A stretch of DNA of 64,000 nt, taken from the NCBI GenBank assembly GCA_037439545.1, contig JBBIVV010000001.1, forward strand, positions 126,845 through 190,844. Direction: 5' to 3'. The notes under the pieces are model-generated. The model was not told the origin of the DNA, did not search any database, and saw only the letters and a program-made list of their open reading frames with translations. The stretch comes from a bacterium. Its GTDB lineage: Bacteria; JAMCPX01. Made by a program: the position numbers and the translations under genes. Below are positions 34,090 to 43,676 of this stretch, in pieces (position 1 is the first letter of the stretch; each line of letters begins with the position of its first letter).

Positions 34090-34795
34090 TGAAAAATATT
34101 CCGAAAAGATCATCGTAGCTATCGATGATACATCCCTCGACAAGATAAGATGGATCGTTAAAACGACGTCTCCTTTCATAAAAAATTATAAGATCGGCAG
34201 TATTGCGTTCACGGCGTTCGGTCCAAAACTCATAGAAGAGATAAAGTCCCTCGATAAAGGGGTATTTCTTGATTTGAAGTATTTTGATATACCCAGCACT
34301 GTTTACAAGGCGGTAAAACAGGCTGTTTCATTGGGTGTAAAAATGCTCACACTCCATGCACTCGGCGGCTATGAAATGCTCAGGAACGCAGCAGATGCGG
34401 CAGAAGGAAAGACGATATTACTTGGCGTGACGCTGTTGACGAGTATGGACAAGCAGCAGCTTGCCGGCATGGGTCTACATGGTGAGATTAATGACAGTGT
34501 CAATAGACTTGCATCGATTTCCGTTAAAGCAGGTATTCACGGGCTTGTCGCATCAGGGCATGAAGCTGCCGGATTGAGAAAGATGTTTGGTGATACTCTT
34601 ACCATTGTCGTCCCCGGTGTACGGCTCGCAGACCAGCAGGCCTCATTGGACGATCAAAAAAGGATAGTTTCTCCAAAGCTGGCTTTTGAAGCAGGTGCGG
34701 ATTATATTGTAATTGGAAGGCCTGTTACGGAAAGTAATGATCCTGCCGGAGTTATAGGCAGGATAGTCGATACGTTAATCGGGGTTAAAGCCTGA
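34079..34795 (+). CDS. pyrF: Orotidine-5'-phosphate decarboxylase
   Basis: FLDLKYFDIPST, VTLLTS, VPGVR, DDQKR, VIGRP. Confidence 0.95.
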   Translation: MKTNEKYSEKIIVAIDDTSLDKIRWIVKTTSPFIKNYKIGSIAFTAFGPKLIEEIKSLDKGVFLDLKYFDIPSTVYKAVKQAVSLGVKMLTLHALGGYEMLRNAADAAEGKTILLGVTLLTSMDKQQLAGMGLHGEINDSVNRLASISVKAGIHGLVASGHEAAGLRKMFGDTLTIVVPGVRLADQQASLDDQKRIVSPKLAFEAGADYIVIGRPVTESNDPAGVIGRIVDTLIGVKA

Positions 34796-34844
34796 TACGC
34801 CTTCACCGGCGGATAGATTATGAAACAGGGAATAAGGAGAATTT

Positions 34845-35093
34845 ATGATTTACGAATTTCAGTGCACTAAATGTAATTCTATATTTGAGGTAAGGGCGTC
34901 ACTCTCAGAAAAAAAGAAAGGGTTGGAGCCGCACTGTCCGGAATGCAGCTCTGGAGATACGCATCAGATAGTGGCGGCGTTTGCCATGGGAGCTTCCGGA
35001 CATGACTTGTCGTCTCACCAGCCCGGCCATTCGCATGGCGGCTCGTCCTGCTCATCCTGCTCATCCGGTTCATGCGGCTCCTGCGGGCATTAA
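34845..35093 (+). CDS. FmdB-family zinc-ribbon protein
   Basis: MIYEFQCTKC...CPECSS; His/Cys-rich tail. Confidence 0.82.
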   Translation: MIYEFQCTKCNSIFEVRASLSEKKKGLEPHCPECSSGDTHQIVAAFAMGASGHDLSSHQPGHSHGGSSCSSCSSGSCGSCGH

Positions 35094-35170
35094 CTCTATA
35101 GCAGAGAAACCGACTGTCAATTGATTATTGCACAATCTTTTGTTATCTTAATCCTTGGAGAGGATAAAGC

Positions 35171-36466
35171 ATGAGTCACATTTTATCAGCCAGAGACGGC
35201 AGAGCAACGGATGACGTAAAATTCGTTGCTGAAAAGGAAAGCATCCCCATCGATGTTATGCTTGAGAGAGTAAGCAGCGGGAGGATAGCTCTCTTAAAAA
35301 ATAAACACCGCACTATCAATCCTGTCGGGGTCGGTGAGGGATTGTCGGTCAAGATTAATTCTAATATCGGTTCGTCGGAGGATAAGCTCAATGTAGAAGA
35401 TGAGCTTGAGAAACTGAGGGTATCGATCGAATATAAAGCTGATGTCGTTATGGACCTTTCTACAGGGGGTAATATCGGCAAGATCAGAAAAGAAATACTT
35501 GCTCATTCAACGATACCTTTGGGCACGGTGCCGGTTTATCAGAGTATCGTGAATGCGGTGAGAAAACATAAATCGATGTTTAAACTCACGGTCGGCGAGA
35601 TGTTCGACAATATTGAAGAACAGGCAGAGCAGGGTGTCGACTTCATGACTATACACAGCGGTGTGACGAGAGAATCCATAAAGCGGCTTAAAAGTCAGGG
35701 CAGATTGCTCGATGTTGTGAGCAGGGGCGGTGCGTTGATGATGGAATGGATGGAATATAACGATAAAGAGAATCCATTTTATGAGTATTATGAACGCCTC
35801 ATAGAGATTCTTGCAAAGCACGATGTCGTTATAAGTCTGGGTGATGGCTTGCGTCCCGGGGCTATTGCAGATGCCACAGACAGGGGGCAGGTGCAGGAAT
35901 TGATAATACTTGGAGAGCTTGCAAAATACGCAGTTGAGCATGGAGTAGGGGTGATGATAGAAGGACCGGGACATGTACCGATAAATCAGATAGAAACCAA
36001 TATTAAACTTGAAAAACAGCTTTGTAACGGCGCGCCGTTTTATGTGCTGGGGCCCCTTGTAACGGACATTGCACCGGGCTATGACCATATAACCTCAGCA
36101 ATTGGAGGTGCCATAGCAGGTATGGCTGGTGCAGACTTCCTCTGTTATGTTACACCGGCAGAGCATCTGCGGCTTCCGGATATAGATGATGTGAAGGAAG
36201 GGATCATTGCATCGAGGATTGCCGCACATGCGGCTGATATAGCAAGGGGCGTAAAAGGTGCTGTAGATTGGGACATACGAATGGCGAAGGCAAGAAAGGC
36301 GATGGACTGGGAGGCACAATACAGACTTGCCATTGATCCAAAGAAGGCAAGGGCTTACCGGGAATCCGTTTCCCTGAAAGATACCGATGTGTGCAGTATG
36401 TGTGGAGAATTCTGCCCTATAAAACTTCAACATACCGAGCTTAAACATGTAAGAAACATGGTGTGA
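35171..36466 (+). CDS. thiC: Phosphomethylpyrimidine synthase (short anaerobe type; ThiC/Bza family)
   Basis: MDLSTGG, GTVPVYQ, VSRGG, EGPGH, CYVTPAEH, CSMCGEFC. Confidence 0.88.
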   Translation: MSHILSARDGRATDDVKFVAEKESIPIDVMLERVSSGRIALLKNKHRTINPVGVGEGLSVKINSNIGSSEDKLNVEDELEKLRVSIEYKADVVMDLSTGGNIGKIRKEILAHSTIPLGTVPVYQSIVNAVRKHKSMFKLTVGEMFDNIEEQAEQGVDFMTIHSGVTRESIKRLKSQGRLLDVVSRGGALMMEWMEYNDKENPFYEYYERLIEILAKHDVVISLGDGLRPGAIADATDRGQVQELIILGELAKYAVEHGVGVMIEGPGHVPINQIETNIKLEKQLCNGAPFYVLGPLVTDIAPGYDHITSAIGGAIAGMAGADFLCYVTPAEHLRLPDIDDVKEGIIASRIAAHAADIARGVKGAVDWDIRMAKARKAMDWEAQYRLAIDPKKARAYRESVSLKDTDVCSMCGEFCPIKLQHTELKHVRNMV

Positions 36467-36543
36467 AAGACAGAGATGAGGGATGAGCAGCCAGGGGATA
36501 GAGAAAAGTGAAAGGCAGGAGTGAGAAAGGATAAGGAGAGTGA

Positions 36544-37572
36544 ATGGAGAATCAAATTCATACAGATCTGAGATACAATGTTTATATTGACAGTATAAAA
36601 GATGAGGCTTCAAAGAAGCTCATTATCATGTTTCTTGCGAATGTCATAAAGCATATTCAGCTCGAAGACATTATTTCAGGTATATCCAGTTTACCTTTTA
36701 AAGTTGTCAACGCAGTAACAGAAGAAACGGCCGTGAAGCTTCAGGAAAGGCTTGGTGTAAGAGGGGCTGTCGTAAGGCTGGTCCAGCTTGTGCCGGGTAA
36801 TGTGCAGAACACCGGTACTCAGAACCTTTCTTTCACCGTGCTTCAGGCAGAGAGCACGCAAACTGCATCTTCTGCTCCGCACAATGATAAAAATGATACC
36901 TCTGTGCAGCCGGGCGTTCAGACGGGAAAGCAAGAAGCGCAGCCAAAACCTCATTTTTTGAAAAGGATGTGGCACAGCTGGGTTGATGTTATGTTCAATG
37001 CACAGGAATTCTTCAAGGGTATCGATGAGGAGAAACAACTTCATTTTCCGGTTATATTCGCTCTTGTATGGGGCACTATAGCTTTGATGTTGAACATGCC
37101 GACAGTCCTTTATACCCAGCAGACTTATCTTAAATTTCTGGCAGGCACAATGCCGGAACAACTGACTCTGCCTGTTTCGACCTACGCATCTATATTGTTC
37201 ATAGCTCCATTCTTTCTGTTTATAACCCTGTTTATCATGGCTGGAATTTATCACCTTGGTGCTCTTCTTGTCGGAGCGAAAGGCGGTTTCGGTTCGACCT
37301 TGAAAGTTATAACTTATTCCACAGGAGCAATGGTGCTTGAAGTGATACCATTCCTCGGTATACCATTATTCTGGTTTTATACCCTGTATCTCTACACAGT
37401 AGGATTCAGGGAATTACATAAGGTTTCGACGGCCAGAGCGTTTGTTATTTCAATTTTGCCCTTAATCGTTCTGTTTCTCTTCATATTTATAATGGCCGCG
37501 ATCATAATCTTCGGGTTTGGCATGAGTTTCTTAAGACAATTCAGGCCGCAAATCCCGGGAATACCTATATAA
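36544..37572 (+). CDS. Yip1-family membrane protein with soluble N-terminal domain
   Basis: Five C-terminal hydrophobic helices; YHLGALLVGAKGGFGSTLKVITYS pattern. Confidence 0.7.
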   Translation: MENQIHTDLRYNVYIDSIKDEASKKLIIMFLANVIKHIQLEDIISGISSLPFKVVNAVTEETAVKLQERLGVRGAVVRLVQLVPGNVQNTGTQNLSFTVLQAESTQTASSAPHNDKNDTSVQPGVQTGKQEAQPKPHFLKRMWHSWVDVMFNAQEFFKGIDEEKQLHFPVIFALVWGTIALMLNMPTVLYTQQTYLKFLAGTMPEQLTLPVSTYASILFIAPFFLFITLFIMAGIYHLGALLVGAKGGFGSTLKVITYSTGAMVLEVIPFLGIPLFWFYTLYLYTVGFRELHKVSTARAFVISILPLIVLFLFIFIMAAIIIFGFGMSFLRQFRPQIPGIPI

Positions 37573-37617
37573 AGAATACAGTTGCTTTTTTTATGATTTT
37601 TACTATAAATAAAAAAA

Positions 37618-37830
37618 ATGAAGCATATTTGTAAAAAATGTAATAAATCTGTTAACTATAAGAGTAAACATATCGATGGCTATAAAATAAGATACCGGGA
37701 GTGCGGATGCGGATGGATGACCCTCGATGTTGTTTCGCCGGAAGGTCAGTCTGTAAAAGATATAATAAATTTGAAAGTCATAGAAAAAATGCTTCATTCG
37801 GAGAAAAGCCAGGTAAAGATTAATGGGTAA
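37618..37830 (+). CDS. Small Cys-containing hypothetical protein
   Basis: CKKC...CGC; overlaps start of GGDEF gene; no clear RBS. Confidence 0.4.
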   Translation: MKHICKKCNKSVNYKSKHIDGYKIRYRECGCGWMTLDVVSPEGQSVKDIINLKVIEKMLHSEKSQVKING

Positions 37831-38887
37831 TGAACAGCAGGTATCTATAGGTTACAATGAATTAAAACATATGAATGGAGATACCAGAGGTATCGATATC
37901 CTTCATGAAATAGGCAAGACGCTTACCTCTACGCTGGATCTGAAAGAAGTCCTTTCAATAATCATGCAAAAGATTTCAGAGCTCCTGAAGACCTCGAACT
38001 GGTCGCTGTTGCTTATCGATGAAGAAAAACACGAATTATTTTTTGAGATAGCCGTCGGAGAGAATGCAGATAAACTAAAGAATATACACCTTGCCATGGG
38101 AGAGGGAATAGCCGGCTGGGTAGCTATGACGGGCGAAGCATTGCTCATACCTGATGTCAATAAAGATTCCCGCTTTACGACCAAGATGGATGAGGTGACT
38201 AATTTCAAAACTCAGTCTGTTATCTGTGTGCCGTTAAGGAGTAAAGGCAGGGTGTTGGGTGTCGTTGAACTTATAAATAAACTGGAAGACACGCAGTTTA
38301 ATCCTCATGATCTTCAAATACTTACTATCCTTACTGATTACGCTGCAATTGCCATCGAGAATGCGAAGTATATGCAGAGGGTACAGGAACTTACAATCAA
38401 GGACGACCTTACGTCGCTCTATAATTCGAGATACCTGCATTTAATGCTTGAGAGCGAGATGGGCAGATCGAAGAGATATGATTTGCATTTTTCGATGATT
38501 TTCCTGGACCTCGATCATTTTAAATTTGTAAATGATAAATACGGACATATCATCGGCAGCAAGGTCTTAAAGGAAACCGCTGAGGTTATAAAGATGGAAC
38601 TGAGAAAACCTGACATTCCGATAAGGTATGGCGGTGATGAGTTCGTCGTTCTCCTTCCCGAAACGGATAAAAAAGGTGCATACAAGGTTGCATCGCGTAT
38701 GAGAGAGCTATTGAATAATCATAGCTTCCTTAAAGAAGACGGGCTTAATTTGAAATTAACGGCGAGCTTTGGTGTCTCAGCATATCCTGAAGATGCCGAT
38801 AACACACTTGATCTGGTAAGACTGTCCGATCAGGCAATGTACCGTGTTAAAGAAACAACGAGAGACGGCATCGCATTAGCCGGCTGA
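37823..38887 (+). CDS. GAF-GGDEF diguanylate cyclase
   Basis: GEGIAGWV GAF; DDLTSLYN, DLDHFKFVND, RKPD I-site, RYGGDEF. Confidence 0.93.
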   Translation: MGNEQQVSIGYNELKHMNGDTRGIDILHEIGKTLTSTLDLKEVLSIIMQKISELLKTSNWSLLLIDEEKHELFFEIAVGENADKLKNIHLAMGEGIAGWVAMTGEALLIPDVNKDSRFTTKMDEVTNFKTQSVICVPLRSKGRVLGVVELINKLEDTQFNPHDLQILTILTDYAAIAIENAKYMQRVQELTIKDDLTSLYNSRYLHLMLESEMGRSKRYDLHFSMIFLDLDHFKFVNDKYGHIIGSKVLKETAEVIKMELRKPDIPIRYGGDEFVVLLPETDKKGAYKVASRMRELLNNHSFLKEDGLNLKLTASFGVSAYPEDADNTLDLVRLSDQAMYRVKETTRDGIALAG

Positions 38888-38990
38888 CTACTCTATCATA
38901 TTTATTATAATTCGATATAAGGGACGTTTTTGTTCGTTCGTGTCTGTTTCAATACCCATATATCTCTATCAATAAGGGGGATGATAAAGT

Positions 38991-40787
38991 ATGGCGGGTG
39001 ATGTAATCAGAATTGAAAAAGAACTTCAGTTGCTTAAAACCATAATACTGTCCATAGCACAGGCAAAAGACTTTCATGAAGCACTCGATATCTGCCTGCG
39101 TCAGATATGTGAGATAACAGGATGGAGTTATGGCGAGGTATGGCTGCTTTCACAGGATAATAAGACCATTTATATTAGTAATATATATTACGGCAAGCAT
39201 GATGAGTTGAAAGAATTTTATGATGAAAGCAGGCAGATGATATTTACACGTGAAACAGGGCTGCCCGGTCTTGTATGGAAATCGGGACAACCTGTTTGGG
39301 TTAAGGAGCTTTCTTCGGATAGTAGATTCATTCGTGCTCCCCTTGCCCTGCAATTCAATCTTAAATCAGCACTGGGCATTCCTATTATCGTAGATAATGA
39401 GACCGTTTCTGTATTAGTTTTTTTTATGTTCGATGCCGATAAAGACGATGTAGTTGTAGACCTGCTCCTGACGATCGTTGCGGAATTAGGCTTATTCTTT
39501 AAGCGATGGTATTTAGACGAAAGATTACGGAAGGTCAACCGGGCATTAAGGGTCCTCAGCGATTCCAATCAAGCTATTATAAGGGCAACGGATGAATTAC
39601 AACTGTTCAATAGCATCTGTAAAATCGCCGTTGATTCAGGCGGCTATCGTATGGCATTAGTGGCATTTGCAGAACATGATGAACATAAGAGCATTAAGAT
39701 CGTTGCATATGCCGGATTTAATAAAGATTATATTGAACAGCTAAAGCTTACATGGGCAGATACGGGAGTCGAGGGGGGAATATCGAGCAGGGTCATCAGG
39801 ACAGGAAAACCTTTTTTAGTGACCAATATAAGTAATGATCCTGTTTTTTCGCAGTGGCGCGAGGCTGCTATCCATGCTGGATATGGTTCGGCTATCTCGT
39901 TCCCTCTAATTATAAACGATAATGTCATAGGAGTTTTTAACATGTATGCATCGGAGCCCGACGCTTTCGATACCGGGGAAGAAAAGCTTCTTGAGGAGCT
40001 GGCAAATGATCTGGCATTCGGCATCCTGTCTTTGCGGAAAGCAGGAGAAAATAAAAGACTTCAAGCACAATTATTTCAGGCGCAAAAAATGGAAGCAATC
40101 GGACAGGTTGCATCGGGCATTGCCCATGATTTTAACAATATGCTTACCGCTGTCATAGGTTATGCCAACATACTCTATGGTAAATTGAAGGAAAATGAAC
40201 CGCTCAAGTATAATGTAGAGCAGATCCTCACTGCATCTGAAAAGGCAGCAGGTTTAGTTCAAAACTTGCTGACCTTTGGCAGAAAACAAGATACCGGTTT
40301 GACGCTTTTAGATCTTAATAAGACGATAATGAATATCTCAGGACTGCTTCAGAAGCTGCTTGGAGATCTTGTAGTATATAAAACAGGGCTTACGTCCGGA
40401 CAGATCTCCATAATGGGGAATAAAACTCACTTAGAGCAGGTTTTGATGAATCTCGCCGGAAATGCAAACGATGCAATGCCCGGTGGAGGGATTTTAACCA
40501 TAAGTACCGATACTATCGATATCGATGAGCAATTCATTAAAGCACATGGCTATGGAAGGATAGGCAGGTTCGCAGCCATAAGTGTTCAGGATACGGGAAG
40601 TGGTATGAACACCATGACGATAGAAAAAATATATGAGCCGTTTTTTACGACAAAGCCGGTTGGAAAAGGGACCGGACTCGGACTTTCTGTGGTCTATGGA
40701 ATAGTGAAGCAGCACAAGGGATATATCGATGTCACAAGCGCATTTGGGAAAGGAACGACGTTTAACATCTACCTGCCTCTTGTTTAG
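38991..40787 (+). CDS. GAF-GAF sensor histidine kinase without receiver domain
   Basis: Two GAFs, GIAHDFNN H-box, NLAGNANDAM, DTGSGM, PFFTTK, GTGLGL. Confidence 0.9.
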   Translation: MAGDVIRIEKELQLLKTIILSIAQAKDFHEALDICLRQICEITGWSYGEVWLLSQDNKTIYISNIYYGKHDELKEFYDESRQMIFTRETGLPGLVWKSGQPVWVKELSSDSRFIRAPLALQFNLKSALGIPIIVDNETVSVLVFFMFDADKDDVVVDLLLTIVAELGLFFKRWYLDERLRKVNRALRVLSDSNQAIIRATDELQLFNSICKIAVDSGGYRMALVAFAEHDEHKSIKIVAYAGFNKDYIEQLKLTWADTGVEGGISSRVIRTGKPFLVTNISNDPVFSQWREAAIHAGYGSAISFPLIINDNVIGVFNMYASEPDAFDTGEEKLLEELANDLAFGILSLRKAGENKRLQAQLFQAQKMEAIGQVASGIAHDFNNMLTAVIGYANILYGKLKENEPLKYNVEQILTASEKAAGLVQNLLTFGRKQDTGLTLLDLNKTIMNISGLLQKLLGDLVVYKTGLTSGQISIMGNKTHLEQVLMNLAGNANDAMPGGGILTISTDTIDIDEQFIKAHGYGRIGRFAAISVQDTGSGMNTMTIEKIYEPFFTTKPVGKGTGLGLSVVYGIVKQHKGYIDVTSAFGKGTTFNIYLPLV

Positions 40788-40812
40788 CCAAAAAATGCAA
40801 GAGGGAAGTTTA

Positions 40813-41154
40813 CCCTGTTAGAAAACCCCACCATTTATGATGGGGATAATATGATTTTTAACCCGAAAAATGCCATAGGGAAGTTTGCTCATTCGCTCAA
40901 TCCTGCGCTCCACCTAAGATATAAAGGGTTTTTGTTATAAATGATTTTCAAGTCCTTTGTAAGTTTATATGCACACACCATTAGCAGTTGTTCTGCGGAT
41001 ATTCGAAGATTACCTTCGTTTGACGCAGCGACCCTTCCCGTATCGGGTGGGTACCCCTCGCTCATTGCTTAAACTCCCCTATTTATAAATGCATTTTTCG
41101 GGTTAATTCCTTACAGAAAGGGCGTCGTTTAAAGCCACGTCCTTTCTCACGGGG
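40813..41154. mobile_element. MITE family A, copy 1 (carries nested MITE B)
   Basis: Ends CCCTGTTAGAAA / TTTCTCACGGGG flanked by TTTA direct repeats; matches 53022-53121 once the insert is removed. Confidence 0.8.
40862..41102. mobile_element. MITE family B (241 bp) nested in MITE A
   Basis: 12-bp TIRs CCCGAAAAATGC / GCATTTTTCGGG; TTAA at 40858-40861 and 41103-41106; uninterrupted site in the other copies. Confidence 0.8.
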
Positions 41155-41155
41155 T

Positions 41156-41914
41156 TTACTTTATAAGTCTTTTTTTGATGAGTCTGTACGAAACAACCCC
41201 CATGGGTATGCTCAGCATGCCCATGATTATCGAAAGCCAGAGTGCATTATAATCCATAACGCCGTTATTCGACATTCTTGCGAGATCAACCATCGGTGTA
41301 AGGGGTAAATATAACGCAATATGCCTTACCCATTCAGGTAAGGTATCTATGGGGAAGAAAATGCCGGAGAACAGAAAGAACGGAGTAAGGATCAGCGTGA
41401 AAAAATAATTAAAAAATTCATAGGAATGAGAAAAACCGACAAATACCATCGAGAGTGCGGAAAAGAATAAGCCGTCCGTAATGACTGCTATGAGAGCTGC
41501 TGCGAACAACCATGAGTGTATAAGTCCGAACATGCCCATGATTGCTATAAAGAACACACTGCTGATCAAACCTTTTGTGGTACTCCATATAATCTCTCCC
41601 GTTACAATCTCTGAAAGATTGACCGGTGTTGCCATGATTGCATCGTAGGTCTTCTGAGTGATCATACGGGTATAACTTGAAATTGTTGCTTCAAAGCTTG
41701 AGGCATACATTGCCGACGACAGAATGAGTCCCGGCGCAAGGAAATCTATATATTTTATGCCGTTTATCTCCGGCACAAGTTTGCCCATGCCATACCCCAT
41801 GAGCAGAAGATACAGCAAAGGCTCTCCAAGATTTGCAACGAGGCTCGGCTTGATGTATTTTGTCCAGACCAGGAAGTTTCTGTACCATACCCTGTAGATC
41901 ATTTTTACATTCAT
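41156..41914 (-). CDS. ABC-2 type permease (NodJ-like)
   Basis: EPLLYL, YIDFLAPG, LFSGIFFPID.LP; no adjacent ATPase gene. Confidence 0.88.
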   Translation of the reverse strand: MNVKMIYRVWYRNFLVWTKYIKPSLVANLGEPLLYLLLMGYGMGKLVPEINGIKYIDFLAPGLILSSAMYASSFEATISSYTRMITQKTYDAIMATPVNLSEIVTGEIIWSTTKGLISSVFFIAIMGMFGLIHSWLFAAALIAVITDGLFFSALSMVFVGFSHSYEFFNYFFTLILTPFFLFSGIFFPIDTLPEWVRHIALYLPLTPMVDLARMSNNGVMDYNALWLSIIMGMLSIPMGVVSYRLIKKRLIK

Positions 41915-42017
41915 GCGTTTATTTTGTTTTGTTTTTTATGATTTATCAAGAAATATGTTCGATACTGTAGTTCCCTCAAGTCCATATGTCATAGATTTCC
42001 GGGACTTTTGTTTAAAC

Positions 42018-42034
42018 CTTGACACATTATCAAG
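42018..42034. promoter_or_regulatory. Palindrome overlapping a TTGACA -35; candidate Rrf2 operator
   Basis: CTTGA-N7-TCAAG upstream of DUF59 and Rrf2 genes. Confidence 0.45.
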
Positions 42035-42066
42035 AGTTGTTTACTTGTATATTGAAGGGAGGCAAT

Positions 42067-42360
42067 ATGGCTATAACTAACGATACGGTACTCGAGGTAT
42101 TGAAGACTGTCATGGACCCTGAAGTGGGAATGGACGTTGTCACGCTCGGGCTTGTAAAAAAAATTGATATAGATGAGAAAAATAATGTCAGGGTAGATAT
42201 GATTATGACTGTGCCGGGATGTCCGCTTGTCGATTACATATTGATGAGTGCGGAATCACGGATAAAGGGGATCGAAGGTATCGGTAATGTTGATGTGAAC
42301 CTGCTCGATGAGCCATGGACACCACCCTGGGCTAATGTGGATCAGGAGCCTGCGAAATAA
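42067..42360 (+). CDS. DUF59 / SufT-like metal-sulfur cluster assembly factor
   Basis: VMDPE..DVVTLGLV, TVPGCPL, EPW. Confidence 0.88.
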   Translation: MAITNDTVLEVLKTVMDPEVGMDVVTLGLVKKIDIDEKNNVRVDMIMTVPGCPLVDYILMSAESRIKGIEGIGNVDVNLLDEPWTPPWANVDQEPAK

Positions 42361-42437
42361 ATCCCTTGTTATACGGATTTATTTAATATTCCGTCTTAAC
42401 GGCAGCAGCTGAGAATGGTTTAAAAAGGAGCATTGAA

Positions 42438-42893
42438 ATGAAATTATCTTCAAAAGCGAGATATGGCGTACGGGCAATGGCGAGGTTGTACAGCGATTAT
42501 AAGGGAGCTCCAATATCGCTTAAAGAGATTGCGCGGCTTGAAATGATTGATGAGGCATACCTTGCTCAGCTCCTGCTAAAACTTAAGAATTACGGATTGA
42601 TTACGACAGAGCGCGGTAAAGGCGGCGGGTATGTACCTGCTAAGCCCGCAGAAGAACTGACCCTTATGGATATGCTCAGAGCAGTGGATGAGGAAATTAT
42701 GCCCCTTGAATGTTTTGCCACAAATCTTGCTATCTGTCCGCTGACATCATCGTGTTTTACAAAAGATTTCTGGTATAATCTCAAGCAGGAAATAGAAAAA
42801 GCGTTGTCAAATATCACTCTCAGGTCCATTATTGACAAGCATGACACCATAAATGTTTATGATAAAAAGACAAATACAAATCTAAAAATTTGA
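42438..42893 (+). CDS. Rrf2 family transcriptional regulator with three Cys (IscR-like)
   Basis: MKLSSKARYG, RGKGGGY, C-x7-C-x5-C. Confidence 0.9.
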   Translation: MKLSSKARYGVRAMARLYSDYKGAPISLKEIARLEMIDEAYLAQLLLKLKNYGLITTERGKGGGYVPAKPAEELTLMDMLRAVDEEIMPLECFATNLAICPLTSSCFTKDFWYNLKQEIEKALSNITLRSIIDKHDTINVYDKKTNTNLKI

Positions 42894-42901
42894 CAGGCTG
42901 T

Positions 42902-43132
42902 CTATTGGTTATTGGATGGTTCCATGGGCAGGCCTTTATAGCCTTGCTGAACATCCTTATTGATCTTTTGCCGTAAGTCTTTTGTCATACCCGTCGTATA
43001 CTGTTCTACCTTTTGAGCATGTTGTTCATTTATCTTTGTAATGTGTTTTTCCTCATGGCCTGCTATATTCTTGAACAAAAATACAGCTACAACTATAATC
43101 CCTATTATCACCAACCATTTTATGAGCTTCAT
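42902..43132 (-). CDS. Small membrane-anchored hypothetical protein
   Basis: N-terminal hydrophobic helix; fills the intergenic gap. Confidence 0.5.
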   Translation of the reverse strand: MKLIKWLVIIGIIVVAVFLFKNIAGHEEKHITKINEQHAQKVEQYTTGMTKDLRQKINKDVQQGYKGLPMEPSNNQ

Positions 43133-43248
43133 AATGTGAAATATATCAATTTATTCGGTGAAATGCAATAGGAAAGTTCGCTCAGGCAGGATTTTGAAAT
43201 CTATTGTTTCTATTAAGAAAAGTGATACTATATCAAGAGCAGGAGGCT

Positions 43249-43674
43249 ATGGTGAATATTAAAACAATTTACAGGCGTTTTCAGCGTAGAATCGATGAAA
43301 TGGACGATTATGAGAGAACAAGGTTATATACAATTACAGGTATAAGCACCCTTGCATTCCTCATTCTTGCAGGATTAATTATTTTCTTTTCTTTAAGGCG
43401 TATGGATGTGGTGGTCGGTGTCGACACGACGGGTTTGCTCGGGAAGCCCGCTGTTTTTGTGAACAATATGTCTTCTTCGCCATTGAAACATGTTTCTGTG
43501 GAGATGGATGGAGTATATAAAGCAATGGTCGATAAGATACGCTCCAGGCAGTCGGTAGTCGTGTATTTTACAATGTTCAAGCCAATGCCTCCGCAAAATT
43601 ACAGACCGGAGAAAGTAACAGTGAAATCCGGCATGGAAGTTATGACAAAAAGTATTTCGGCTCTCACGCAATAA
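43249..43674 (+). CDS. Single-pass membrane hypothetical protein
   Basis: AGGAGG RBS, one hydrophobic helix, directly upstream of priA. Confidence 0.6.
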   Translation: MVNIKTIYRRFQRRIDEMDDYERTRLYTITGISTLAFLILAGLIIFFSLRRMDVVVGVDTTGLLGKPAVFVNNMSSSPLKHVSVEMDGVYKAMVDKIRSRQSVVVYFTMFKPMPPQNYRPEKVTVKSGMEVMTKSISALTQ

Positions 43675-43676
43675 TA

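Noticed and set aside
36467..36543. Purine-rich spacer after thiC
   Set aside because: No clear repeat unit or structure
40862..41102. Short minus-strand ORF (about 58 aa, MSEGYPPDTGR...) inside MITE B
   Set aside because: No transposase or other motif; likely chance
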